DNA from: an uncultured Acidobacteriaceae bacterium
GTDB taxonomy: Bacteria > Acidobacteriota > Terriglobia > Terriglobales > Acidobacteriaceae
Reading direction: 5' to 3'
Length of the DNA: 64,000 bases
NCBI GenBank assembly: GCA_963803615.1
Contig: CAWDNI010000007.1
Span: forward strand, 23,445 to 87,444
The translations under genes were made by a program, and so were the position numbers. Each line of letters starts with the position of its first letter. The stretch's first letter is position 1. The notes below the pieces were generated by a model. It searched no databases. It saw only the letters and a program-made list of their open reading frames with translations, and had not been told where the DNA came from. Positions 9,241-18,795 of this stretch are shown here, piece by piece.

Positions 9241-10688
9241 CTAAGACGAAGATTTCGTCTGCCAAACCGGCGCCGGGAAATTTTGCGGGGAGTACCGCCA
9301 TCATTGGCGGGGGTATCAGCGGGCTCAGCGTTGCCTATGAGCTTGCTCGCCGGGGAATCGCTTTCACGCTCTTGGAAGCCTCCGGCCGGCTCGGAGGCAC
9401 GGTCGAAACCATCCGCACACAGGATTTAATCGTGGAATGCGGGCCCGATTCCTGGGTCACGGAGAAACCCTGGGCACGCGATCTGGCCGTCGAATTGGGA
9501 CTTGAGAATCAGATCCTTTTCTCTAACGATCACTGGCGCCGCACCTATCTGGCCAAAGAAGGTAAGCTCATACCGCTGCCCGAGGGTATGCGCATGATGG
9601 TTCCCACGGAGCTTGCGCCGGTATTGGAGTCGCCGCTGTTTAGTGAACAGGCCCGGCTTGCCTATTCGCGGGAACCTGAGCGGGCGGCGGAATTGAAGTC
9701 TACGGCGCCCGGGCAAGACGAACCGGTAGCCGAATTCGTTCGCCGGCATTTTGGTGACGAGGTCACAGAGACGGTTGCCGGACCGCTTCTGGCTGGTGTT
9801 TTCGGGGGCGACATACGCGAGTTAAGCGTCCGCGCGATCCTCCCCGCATTCGTAAAGATGGAGGCGGAGCATGGCAGCCTTATTGAGGCTCTGCGGAAAA
9901 CGCCTCAAGCGAAGACGCCCCCGCCCATTTTCTCGACCCTCAAGACCGGCCTGCAGACCCTCATTGACCGTCTCATCGAGTACCTGCCGGCCCAATCCGT
10001 CTATCTTCACGAAGCGGTCGAGGGTCTTCGTTACGATGGCCAAGGCTGGCGGGTCATTACGTCCAAAGGAGAGCACGGCTTTGATGCCGTGGTGTTGGCT
10101 ACTCCCGCGCATGTCACTCGCGGCTGGCTCGCGGCCCTCAATGAAAACGGCCGCCAAATGGCTGCTTTGCTGCCTCAACATTCCACCTCGGCCATCGTCG
10201 TCGCTTTTGCCTTCGGCGCTGAGCAGGCTGCCCAGATGCGCATACCACGCGGTTTCGGCTTCCTCGTTCCGCCCCAGCTCCCTACCGTGGGCGATCATCA
10301 ACTGCTTGCCTGCACATTCGTCGACCAGAAGTTCTCCCATCGTGCGCCCCCTGGAGCTGTGTTTCTGAGAGCCTTCTTCGGGGGCCGCTCGGCTGAAGCG
10401 CTGCTGGAAGAATCGGATCAAGCAATAGCGTTGGCCGCGCGCCGGCAGCTTGCACAAATGCTCGGCCCATTGCCCGCGGAGACTCTGATCGAACCATTGG
10501 TCCGCCGCTGGCCACTGTCCCTGCCACAGTACACCGTCGGCCATCTCGACCGCATTCGCGAGATCGAATCTCTCGCTGGTACGTGGCGGGGTCTTCACCT
10601 CGTAGGCAACGCCTACCACGGCGTTGGAATCTCTGATCTGATCCGCGAGAGCCGCGCCACCGCGCTGGCGATCGCCGAATCAGCCTAG
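9237..10688 (+). CDS. hemY: FAD-dependent protoporphyrinogen/coproporphyrinogen III oxidase (HemY/CgoX family)
   Basis: IIGGGISGLSVAYEL dinucleotide-binding motif. Its start overlaps the hemH stop (ATGA). Length and C-terminal GNAYHGVGI fit HemY. Confidence 0.85.
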   Translation: MTKTKISSAKPAPGNFAGSTAIIGGGISGLSVAYELARRGIAFTLLEASGRLGGTVETIRTQDLIVECGPDSWVTEKPWARDLAVELGLENQILFSNDHWRRTYLAKEGKLIPLPEGMRMMVPTELAPVLESPLFSEQARLAYSREPERAAELKSTAPGQDEPVAEFVRRHFGDEVTETVAGPLLAGVFGGDIRELSVRAILPAFVKMEAEHGSLIEALRKTPQAKTPPPIFSTLKTGLQTLIDRLIEYLPAQSVYLHEAVEGLRYDGQGWRVITSKGEHGFDAVVLATPAHVTRGWLAALNENGRQMAALLPQHSTSAIVVAFAFGAEQAAQMRIPRGFGFLVPPQLPTVGDHQLLACTFVDQKFSHRAPPGAVFLRAFFGGRSAEALLEESDQAIALAARRQLAQMLGPLPAETLIEPLVRRWPLSLPQYTVGHLDRIREIESLAGTWRGLHLVGNAYHGVGISDLIRESRATALAIAESA

Positions 10689-10689
10689 A

Positions 10690-13104
10690 TCAGATCTGGT
10701 CAGTAGCGGCTTGGTACATCCATCCTGTTTCTGCCTTAGCTGCCTCTCGGCTTCCAAGGTTTTCGCTGAACGGGAGCGCTCGGCGCTTCGGGAGCGCTTC
10801 GGGCGAGGCGGCTTCAGGTAAAGGATCGGACGCTTTGGCCGGATGCCACTTTTTACGCTCAGGCTGCGGATTTGCCTCCGTCAATGATTCTTCGACCGTT
10901 ACCTTTTTCGCAGGTTCAACTTCGCCGCTCCGAGCTGTTAAAGAGGATTGAATATCCGTGATCGGCGCGCTGGGCGAAGGCGTTGTCTCCGCCGCGCGCG
11001 CGGATGGGATAGCGGCCGGTTTACCCGATCTCCGCTCAACGCCTTCGAGCAGGAGCACGGCAATATCTTTTATTTCGACTTGGGCGCCCTCTTGCTCTCT
11101 GGCCGGGGTGCTGCTCAGCATGCTTTTGCAGAAAGGACATCCCACGGCGAGCACCTTGCTCTCCGGGCCTGAACCAAGGCGCTGCTTCGCTTCCCGATAG
11201 CGATTGTCTGAGACGCGCTCCTCACCCGGCTCTTCTTCCTTCCAGAATTGCGCCCCGCCCGCTCCGCAGCAGAAGGAGTTCTGCCGGCTGCGATCCATTT
11301 CTACCAGCTCGCCGGTAAGAACACGCAGCACATTGCGCGGCGCATCGTAAACTCCATTGTGGCGGCCAAGATAGCAGGGATCATGATAGGTAACTCTCCC
11401 GGGCGCTCGCTCCGCTTCTAAGCGGTCTTCGGCAAGCAGGCGCTCCAGATACTCGGTATGGTGCATCACCTCAAAATTTCCACCTAGCTGCCGGTATTCG
11501 TTTCCAATGGTATTCATGCAGTGGGGACAGGTCGCGACAATCAACTTGGGTTTCACTTCGTTGAGAATTGCGACATTTTGTTCCGCTAACTGGCGGTAGA
11601 GATATTCGTTTCCCGCCCGCCGTGCGCTATCGCCTGTGCAGCCTTCCCGCTTGCCGAGCACGGCGAAGCTGACATTCGCGCGGATCAGTAGTTCGACGAA
11701 CGCACGCGCAGTTTTTTGGGCTTGGGGATCGTAGCTGGCAGCGCATCCAACCCAAAAAAGAACCTCCGCGGATGGATTCTCCTCAATGCTGGGCACGGCA
11801 AGGCCATCGGCCCACGTCATACGCTGATCGCGGCTGATGCCCCAGGGATTCGACGTGCGCTCCATCCCGCGAAATGCCGTCTGCAGCTGCGCCGGAAATT
11901 TGCCCTCCATCATGACTTGATTGCGCCGGATATCGATAATGTCGAGCATCTGCTCGTTCTCGACCGGACAGACTTGCATGCAGGCGCCACAGGTAGTGCA
12001 TGCCCACAATGCTTCCGGTGACAGCGCGAATTCCAGGAGCGGGCGCGGACTGGGAGCTCCTTGCTCAAAGGCTGAAGACCTCACAGCCAACAAACCGCCT
12101 CCTTCGCCCAAAAAATTCAGCTCCATTCTTTTATTGATTTCGAGCGCTGCCGGACTGAGCGCCTTTCCCGTAGCCGTTGCCGGGCATACATCCTGGCAGC
12201 GGTTGCACTGAATGCATGCGTAGGCATCGAGCAACCGCGGCCAACTGAGGTCTTCTAATCTTCGTGCTCCGAACTGCTCGGGGCCATCGCTCCGATCGAT
12301 CTCCGGCGACTCTACTTCGGTTTCAAGCAAGGGCAGCTCACCGGAAGGCGCCGCGCGCGCGAAGAAATACTTGAGAGGCGCCATGAAGATGTGCATGTGT
12401 TTGGACCACGGGAAGTATGCCAGAAAGACCAGCACGCTTCCCAGAGCGCCCCAATAGCCAAACTGAGCAAGCTCACGCGCATGCCTGAGCGGAACCAGAT
12501 GAGACAGCGCTGTTGCGAAGGGCTGAAATCTGTCTCCGCCTTCGAGCTTCAGCTTGGCGCCTTCGCCCACCGCCCGGCTGCCGACATGAAAGAGGATAAA
12601 GGCAGCGACGATTGCCGAATCGAACGAGATATATCCCTGCCGCACTTTCCGGTTCAACGGAGTCTTAGGATTGAAATCGAAGTCGCGGCGGCTGGGAGTG
12701 AGAAAGCGCCGCACCACCAGGGCGACCATGCCGAGGATAACTAGAAAGCTGAGAATGTCAGCGCAGAGATTGTAGGCCGCGCCAGGGAAAGTGGACGATC
12801 GGATGGTGAAAGGCAAATAGCCTTCCAGTGCGTCCACCGAGTTCACAAGGATATAAAAAAGGAATCCGTAGACGATGAAGGAATGGAAAAGGCTGACCAC
12901 GGGCCGGTCGCGGAAGGTGCGTTGCTGCGTGATCGTGGTCCTCGCCGCATACCATAGCCGGCGGAATCGATGATCGCTGCGGACATCCGCGTCCGGTATG
13001 CCCCGCCTTATACGGCGAAAGATGCGATCGAAGCCTCGCGCGCCTAACAACACTGCCGCCACCGCGAAGACCAGGAAGGCGACTCTTTGGGCCGGTGGGA
13101 GCAT
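10690..13104 (-). CDS. membrane-anchored (Fe-S)-binding oxidoreductase with CCG domains (heterodisulfide-reductase-related; ETF-linked quinone reductase candidate)
   Basis: N-terminal ~230-aa multi-helix membrane domain. Two ferredoxin motifs (CIQCNRCQDVCP, CTTCGACMQVCP) and Cys-rich CCG-type motifs (CPHCMNT, CCGAGG, GCPFCKSM). Sits 8 nt downstream of etfA. Confidence 0.8.
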   Translation of the reverse strand: MLPPAQRVAFLVFAVAAVLLGARGFDRIFRRIRRGIPDADVRSDHRFRRLWYAARTTITQQRTFRDRPVVSLFHSFIVYGFLFYILVNSVDALEGYLPFTIRSSTFPGAAYNLCADILSFLVILGMVALVVRRFLTPSRRDFDFNPKTPLNRKVRQGYISFDSAIVAAFILFHVGSRAVGEGAKLKLEGGDRFQPFATALSHLVPLRHARELAQFGYWGALGSVLVFLAYFPWSKHMHIFMAPLKYFFARAAPSGELPLLETEVESPEIDRSDGPEQFGARRLEDLSWPRLLDAYACIQCNRCQDVCPATATGKALSPAALEINKRMELNFLGEGGGLLAVRSSAFEQGAPSPRPLLEFALSPEALWACTTCGACMQVCPVENEQMLDIIDIRRNQVMMEGKFPAQLQTAFRGMERTSNPWGISRDQRMTWADGLAVPSIEENPSAEVLFWVGCAASYDPQAQKTARAFVELLIRANVSFAVLGKREGCTGDSARRAGNEYLYRQLAEQNVAILNEVKPKLIVATCPHCMNTIGNEYRQLGGNFEVMHHTEYLERLLAEDRLEAERAPGRVTYHDPCYLGRHNGVYDAPRNVLRVLTGELVEMDRSRQNSFCCGAGGAQFWKEEEPGEERVSDNRYREAKQRLGSGPESKVLAVGCPFCKSMLSSTPAREQEGAQVEIKDIAVLLLEGVERRSGKPAAIPSARAAETTPSPSAPITDIQSSLTARSGEVEPAKKVTVEESLTEANPQPERKKWHPAKASDPLPEAASPEALPKRRALPFSENLGSREAAKAETGWMYQAATDQI

Positions 13105-13112
13105 GAATGTCC

Positions 13113-14066
13113 TTACTTGCGGCCCCTGAGTTCTTCGAGAATCGCGGGCACTACTCTAGCAGCGTCCCCCACGATTCCAAAATCGGCGATTTTGAAGATT
13201 GGCGCATCCGGGTCTTTATTGATGGCGATGATGTACTTGCTCTTGCTCATTCCCGAGAGATGCTGCACTGCTCCCGAGATCCCGATGGCGATATACGCCT
13301 TGGGCTGAACTGTCTTTCCGGTTTGGCCAACCTGTTCGGAGTAGGGACGCCAGCCGGCGTCCACGATGGCGCGCGTCGCGGCGACTGCGCCGCGGAGCTG
13401 ACTTGCCAGATTCTCGACAAGCTGAGAAAATCCTGCGGCATTCGCCACGCCACGGCCGCCGGCGACCACAACTTCGGCATCGGAAAGAGCGATGCCCGCG
13501 CCCTTATCTTTCGTTCTGGCACTCACCTGAACGCGCCGCTCGGGGATATTCAAGTCCACATCAAACTGTTCTCCGGCATTGCCCGGTACAGCCGCCGGAA
13601 AGGCGCCCGGCTTTACGGTAATGACAACAACCGCGGCCCTGGTTTCCACCGTTTCAGTAACCCGCGCCAGGCAGGTATATCGATCGGCTGAGGTCACGCC
13701 GTTTGCATGTTCCAGGCGGATGACATCTTCAAGCAGCGGCGCATCGAGCTTGACGGCTACGCGGGCGCTTGACTCCCGGCCGCCGCGGCTACCGCCCATG
13801 AGCACCGTGTGGGCGCCGCCTTCCGCGGCAATTTGCGCAATCGCCGTAGCCCATACTTCAGGATCATAGTCGGCCAGAGCCGGGTTATCCGCCACCAATA
13901 CCTGCTCGGCAATGCGCCCGGCCTCATTCGCCACCGCGGCAACACCGCTGCCCAACACCAGCACGGCAACGGGTCCCTCGCGTCCGAGCGCGCGCGCCGC
14001 GGATACCATCTCGCCGGCGCTCTTGCCTAATTGATTGTTGACATGCTCCGCAACCACCAGGATCAT
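13113..14066 (-). CDS. etfA: electron transfer flavoprotein subunit alpha
   Basis: [17 protein letters not shown]-binding signature. Start overlaps the etfB stop. Confidence 0.95.
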   Translation of the reverse strand: MILVVAEHVNNQLGKSAGEMVSAARALGREGPVAVLVLGSGVAAVANEAGRIAEQVLVADNPALADYDPEVWATAIAQIAAEGGAHTVLMGGSRGGRESSARVAVKLDAPLLEDVIRLEHANGVTSADRYTCLARVTETVETRAAVVVITVKPGAFPAAVPGNAGEQFDVDLNIPERRVQVSARTKDKGAGIALSDAEVVVAGGRGVANAAGFSQLVENLASQLRGAVAATRAIVDAGWRPYSEQVGQTGKTVQPKAYIAIGISGAVQHLSGMSKSKYIIAINKDPDAPIFKIADFGIVGDAARVVPAILEELRGRK

Positions 14067-14821
14067 TCAACCACCCTCACGTCGTTGCGCAGGAAATCGA
14101 CGAATTGTGCGGCCGCGGCTTGTGTATCTTTGCCATCGAGGATCTTCCCCAGGCGCGCTTTGACCTGGATTTTGGCCGAAACCAGGCGAATCTTTGGCGT
14201 CACCTGAAAGCGATCGAGGCTCTCTTGCCTGAGTTCTTTCTTTTTAGCCTTCATGATGTTAGGCACCGTAGGATAGCGTGGCTCATTCAGTCCTTGCTGC
14301 GTGGTCACCACCAAAGGCAGCGGAACACGGAAGGACTCGCTTCCCTCATCGACATCGTGTTTACCAACAGCTACTCCTTGCTCGAAATCCAGCCCGTTGG
14401 TCCATGTGACCTGCGGCCATCCCAACCTCTCCGCTGTAGCCGCACCGAGAGCTTCGCTATCCCAGTCCGCCTGCCGCCCGCCGGTTAGGATCAATTCAAT
14501 CTTCTCCTCTTGCGCTACTTGCGCCACTACCTTGCTGATTGAGATCGGATCGAGCGCCTCATCGGTAACAACGTGAATGGCGCGATCCGCTCCCATGGCC
14601 AGTGCAGTACGCAACGCCTCCTGCATCCGCTGTGGACCCACGGCGAGCACCAACACTTCCTGGGCAAGCCCACTCTCGCGAATTCTCAGTCCTTGCTCCA
14701 CTCCATACTCATCCATCGTATCCATAACCAGCTTCGATCCCGCGAGATCGACAACACCATTCCGGACATGCACCGTCTCTTCCGCATCCAGCACTTGGCG
14801 AATGACAATCAAAATTCGCAT
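14063..14821 (-). CDS. etfB: electron transfer flavoprotein subunit beta
   Basis: ATG at 14821 is preceded by ggagagg. [15 protein letters not shown] is a typical EtfB N-terminus. The longer ORF-track start (15190) overlaps the divergent acyl-CoA dehydrogenase gene. Confidence 0.9.
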   Translation of the reverse strand: MRILIVIRQVLDAEETVHVRNGVVDLAGSKLVMDTMDEYGVEQGLRIRESGLAQEVLVLAVGPQRMQEALRTALAMGADRAIHVVTDEALDPISISKVVAQVAQEEKIELILTGGRQADWDSEALGAATAERLGWPQVTWTNGLDFEQGVAVGKHDVDEGSESFRVPLPLVVTTQQGLNEPRYPTVPNIMKAKKKELRQESLDRFQVTPKIRLVSAKIQVKARLGKILDGKDTQAAAAQFVDFLRNDVRVVE

Positions 14822-14867
14822 CTCACCTCTCCAAAAGTTAATAATAGGCTCAAAGATTGGAGCCTTG

Positions 14868-16040
14868 ATGCACCCATCGGAGCCAAATAGTGACGCGATG
14901 GCGCCGCTTACCTCGCTGACCGAGGAAGAGCAGCTCATGCGCGATGCAGTGCGGAGGTTTGCGCAAAAGGAGATTGCTCCTCTGGTTCGTGGCATGGACG
15001 ACGCGCAAAAACTCCATCCTGAAATCCTGCGCGGGCTTTTTGCTATGGGCCTGATGGGGATCGAGGTTCCTGTCGACTTCGGAGGAGCCGGCGCTTCCTT
15101 CTTCAGCTCCATAGTCGCCATCGAAGAGATCTCGCGAATCGACCCCGCCGTGGCTGTACTAGTCGATGTGCAGAATACTCTGATCGTCAACGCATTGTTG
15201 CGCTGGGGATCAGCCGATCAGCAGAGCCGTTACCTGCCGCGGGTTGCATCGAACACCGTCTGCTCGTATGCGTTGAGCGAAGCCGGATCCGGCTCAGACG
15301 CCTTCGCGCTGGCTACGCGGGCCAGGGCCGAAGGTCAAGGCTTCGTTCTGACCGGGCGCAAGTTGTGGATCTCAAATGCGGCGGAGGCGGATCTTTTTAT
15401 CATCTTTGCGACCATCGATCCGCAGGCCGGCTACAAAGGGATTACCGCGTTTCTGGTGGAACGGGGCATCGACGGCTTCAGCGTTGGGAAAAAAGAAGAC
15501 AAGCTGGGGATTCGCGCCTCCTCCACCTGCGAATTGCTGCTCGACGGATGCCGCGTGCCTGGTGAGAATGTTCTGGGCGAAGTAGGCAAAGGCTACAAGA
15601 TCGCAATCCAGACGCTCAATGAAGGACGAATCGGCATCGCCGCTCAGATGCTTGGATTGGCGGAAGGAGCCTGGTCGCTGGCGCTCAAATATAGCGGCGA
15701 GAGAAAGCAGTTTGGCAAAGTGATCTCGGATTTTCAGGCAGTGCAGTTCTCGCTCGCCCGCATGGCTACAGAGATCGAGGCGGCACGGCTGCTGGTCTAC
15801 AACGCCGCACGATTGAAACAAGCGGGCCAGCCGTTCGTCAAAGAAGCCGCCATGGCCAAGTACTTTGCCTCAACCATAGCCGAGCAAGTAGCCAGCGAGT
15901 CGTTGGAGATCTTCGGCGGTTCCGGCTTCGTCAAAGATTCTCCCATCGAAAAGTTTTATCGCGACGCCAAGATTGGCAAGATTTACGAAGGTACGTCAAA
16001 TATGCAGCTCGCGACGATCGCAAAGCAGCTTCTGGCTTAG
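14868..16040 (+). CDS. acyl-CoA dehydrogenase
   Basis: [23 protein letters not shown]-terminus and [18 protein letters not shown]-terminus. ATG at 14868 follows ggag; ATG at 14898 is an alternative start. Confidence 0.9.
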   Translation: MHPSEPNSDAMAPLTSLTEEEQLMRDAVRRFAQKEIAPLVRGMDDAQKLHPEILRGLFAMGLMGIEVPVDFGGAGASFFSSIVAIEEISRIDPAVAVLVDVQNTLIVNALLRWGSADQQSRYLPRVASNTVCSYALSEAGSGSDAFALATRARAEGQGFVLTGRKLWISNAAEADLFIIFATIDPQAGYKGITAFLVERGIDGFSVGKKEDKLGIRASSTCELLLDGCRVPGENVLGEVGKGYKIAIQTLNEGRIGIAAQMLGLAEGAWSLALKYSGERKQFGKVISDFQAVQFSLARMATEIEAARLLVYNAARLKQAGQPFVKEAAMAKYFASTIAEQVASESLEIFGGSGFVKDSPIEKFYRDAKIGKIYEGTSNMQLATIAKQLLA

Positions 16041-16149
16041 CGCCACTCAGGGTGAAATTGACGGAGATTTGCGGTATCCCACCCCTCGCACGGAACAGCA
16101 CCGTGCGAAGGATGAGTCACCCTGGACTTGTATGGGTGAACCAAATTGC

Positions 16150-16266
16150 TAGAGCATTTTAGGTTTCGGTGTAGACGAGAAAACCCCTTCCGATGCGGCC
16201 GTTCCATCGAAGAACGGCCGCTCATAGCTGAGATAACCAGTTCACAGTAAAACCTAAAATGCTTTA
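16150..16266 (+). repeat. palindromic intergenic element, copy A (subfamily 1)
   Basis: TIR TAGAGCATTTTAGGTTT / AAACCTAAAATGCTTTA. Inner GGTGTA and ACAGTA boxes. Central hairpin GGCCGTTC-CATCGAA-GAACGGCC. Lies between convergent genes. Confidence 0.85.
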
Positions 16267-16278
16267 AAAGCCGGAATG

Positions 16279-17901
16279 TTACCAGCGAGTGACGGTTAGA
16301 TTATCCAAGTACACCGTGGGCGACCCGCTTGAGCCAAGCCCATCGACCTGGAAGTTGGTCAACAGGACCGGGCCCCATCCAAGAGCAAAGGCCGATGGAA
16401 CCGTGGCCTCTATATTCTCCTGCTGGCCGTCGAGCGACACAGAGTGATATGTAACATTGCCATTGCCGTCGCGGGAGTAGTACACCTGCACGCGATGCCA
16501 GGCGTTGGCGCTCCAATCACGGGGATTGCAATATGCGCCGGAGTGCACCCACTGGTCGCTGGGGTTCGCAGGGCTGCCCCCGTTTTTGGTGTAATCCCAT
16601 GTGCTTGAATAGCCGTCGCACTGGAATCCATAAATCACCGTCTGGCCGTTAGACATGGTCTGATTCATGTCCATTTCCAAATTGGCTATTTGACTCGAAG
16701 AATTAGTAAAGTATACCGACGCGTCGTAATAGAAGTTAGTAGATGCAGTGTCATCTCCGAAGGACACATGGTAAAGCTCACCGCCCGAGTTTGAGAATTG
16801 AGTCGCAAAATCGCGCGCCTGGCCGCTCAACGACGGCGAGTTGACGATGCTCATAGTTCCACTGGCGCTTCCGCTTCCCGTGCTGGCATCGAAGTTCGCC
16901 TGCCAGTTACTCATCGCCTGAATACTGCTCACGCTGACCGCCCCCGATGGAACCATCGAAGTGGTCGCCGCACTGGTACCCGATGCTGTAATTGCGAGAT
17001 CGGTGCCGCATGCGGCTCCACCGTTGCCCCAGGCTTTGACATGTAGCGTATGTGCGCCGGCCGTGGCGGAAATGCTGGCCTCTAGGGAAGTCTCATTAAA
17101 AGTGCTGGTATTCGTGCTGTTGTCGAGCGAATAGCCCATGGCGCTCACCGGCTGAGACGAACAGGATGCCGCACTCGCGGAAAGAGTGAACGGCGACGAA
17201 ACGGTGGCTCCGTTGTAAGGACTACTGACAGTGATTCCACTCGAAGTAACAACGCCGCTAGTCGCGGCTGCGGTGATGGCGACATCGCTGTCGCATGATG
17301 CCCCGCCGTTGCCCCACGCTTTCACATGCAGCGTGTGCGCGCCGGCAGACGTCGTGACCGTGGCGCCCACCGACGTACCGTTCACAACGGTGGTATTCGT
17401 GCTGCTGTCCAGAGAATATCCCATAGCGCTCACCGGCTGAGACGAGCAACTCGCAGCGCCGGCAACCAAGCTGAATGACGTCCCTACTACGGCGCCATTG
17501 GAAGGGCTACTTACACTGATTCCATTCGACGCTCCGGAAGTTGCCGCCGAGTTAGTTGAAGGCGCAGTGGCAGCAGCAGCGGTGATGGTGATGGCGGCGT
17601 CCGTGTCGCATGCCGCGCCCTGATTTCCCCATGCCTTGACATGCAGCGTGTGCGCGCCAGTAGACGCCGGGATCTGGGCACTTATGGATGTACTGGGAAC
17701 GATAGTAGTGTTGGTGCTGTTATCGAGCGAATAGCCCATGGAACTAACAGGCTGCGACGAGCAGGATGTAGCGCTCGCAGAGAGAGTAAATGGTGAGGAC
17801 AGTACAGCACCGTTGCCGGGAGTGCTGACGTTTACGCTTGCTAATGCCGTGGTTGCGAGCGCGAGGAAGAACAGGAGAACGACGGACGATGTCCTATTCA
17901 T
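16279..17901 (-). CDS. secreted protein with three Ig-like tandem repeats and a C-terminal beta-sandwich-like domain
   Basis: Signal peptide MNRTSSVVLLFFLALATTALA. Three ~83-aa repeats ending AGAHTLHVKAWGN.GA.C. Ser/Thr-rich linkers. Confidence 0.75.
   Translation of the reverse strand: MNRTSSVVLLFFLALATTALASVNVSTPGNGAVLSSPFTLSASATSCSSQPVSSMGYSLDNSTNTTIVPSTSISAQIPASTGAHTLHVKAWGNQGAACDTDAAITITAAAATAPSTNSAATSGASNGISVSSPSNGAVVGTSFSLVAGAASCSSQPVSAMGYSLDSSTNTTVVNGTSVGATVTTSAGAHTLHVKAWGNGGASCDSDVAITAAATSGVVTSSGITVSSPYNGATVSSPFTLSASAASCSSQPVSAMGYSLDNSTNTSTFNETSLEASISATAGAHTLHVKAWGNGGAACGTDLAITASGTSAATTSMVPSGAVSVSSIQAMSNWQANFDASTGSGSASGTMSIVNSPSLSGQARDFATQFSNSGGELYHVSFGDDTASTNFYYDASVYFTNSSSQIANLEMDMNQTMSNGQTVIYGFQCDGYSSTWDYTKNGGSPANPSDQWVHSGAYCNPRDWSANAWHRVQVYYSRDGNGNVTYHSVSLDGQQENIEATVPSAFALGWGPVLLTNFQVDGLGSSGSPTVYLDNLTVTRW
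16984..17835 (-). repeat. three tandem ~285-315-nt coding repeats inside the secreted-protein gene
   Basis: Protein residues 23-106, 128-210 and 223-306 are clearly homologous (SP.NGA.V.S.F.L.A.A.SCSSQPVS.MGYSLD.STNT). Confidence 0.85.
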
Positions 17902-18795
17902 CAGCTATAGCTTTCTATGAGATTCATTTGCGCCCGACACTGTGGGGCGGATATTGACGTACGAGGGACCTCCTTCCGTTGCGTCTGATCAACGGGAGTG
18001 GCCGACGAAGTTCGGTTTGTATTCGGGCCGGGGTTATCTGAGCGAGGACAACCTTGTTGTCCCTACATAACTCGACAACCTCTTCTGCGTGCTCCGGCGG
18101 CTGCGGAGACGAATGTCACCACAGGGCTCGGCCTAGGTTCCTGGAACGAGATAGGACGCGAATGAGAACACTCCACGGTCGTCCCGGGAGCGCCTCACAG
18201 GCCTACTTAGGTCCCATGAATCTCGAGCCTGCTGGCAGAAACTAAATGGATTTTCTAGAGGGATCATACACAAGAGCTCGCGGCTGCAAAGCTCTTTATC
18301 GCTATTTTCTTTGAGAAAGTTGTGGAATTAAGTAACACTTTCTGTGTACGTGCAAATAATGCCGAATAGCGGCAAATAACTCACTCTAAGATGCCCTAAA
18401 TTACACGAGTCTCAAATTACACGACTACTCCGGCTTCGGTCATATCGGGGACACGCGTTAAGTAGTGACACTTGCAATAAGCAGAAGCTTCGCCTTTGTC
18501 AATTTGCGAAGCATTCTATTCGAACGGGTACGGCTGTTCAGCTTGTCGAGGCCGAATCCGCGAGTCCGGCCAAGGGCGGCTGAGAAAATCGCTCACCACA
18601 AGTTCGCCGGATGAGATTTTTTCCACAGCTTGTTCTCAGCTCGCTTCTAGGAGACGGTAAGCTTGTGGAAACCGGAGAGGATCTGAAGAATTGTCGATCA
18701 GTACGAGGAGCGAAGCCGAGTAGTTATTTACAGATTGATTGTTACAGTTATGCGGCTTTTACTGCAGATGTCGACTGGAGAAAGGACACTTGCGT

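Noticed and set aside
9822-10619. 265-aa ORF on the minus strand
   Set aside because: It is antisense to hemY. No motifs, biased composition.
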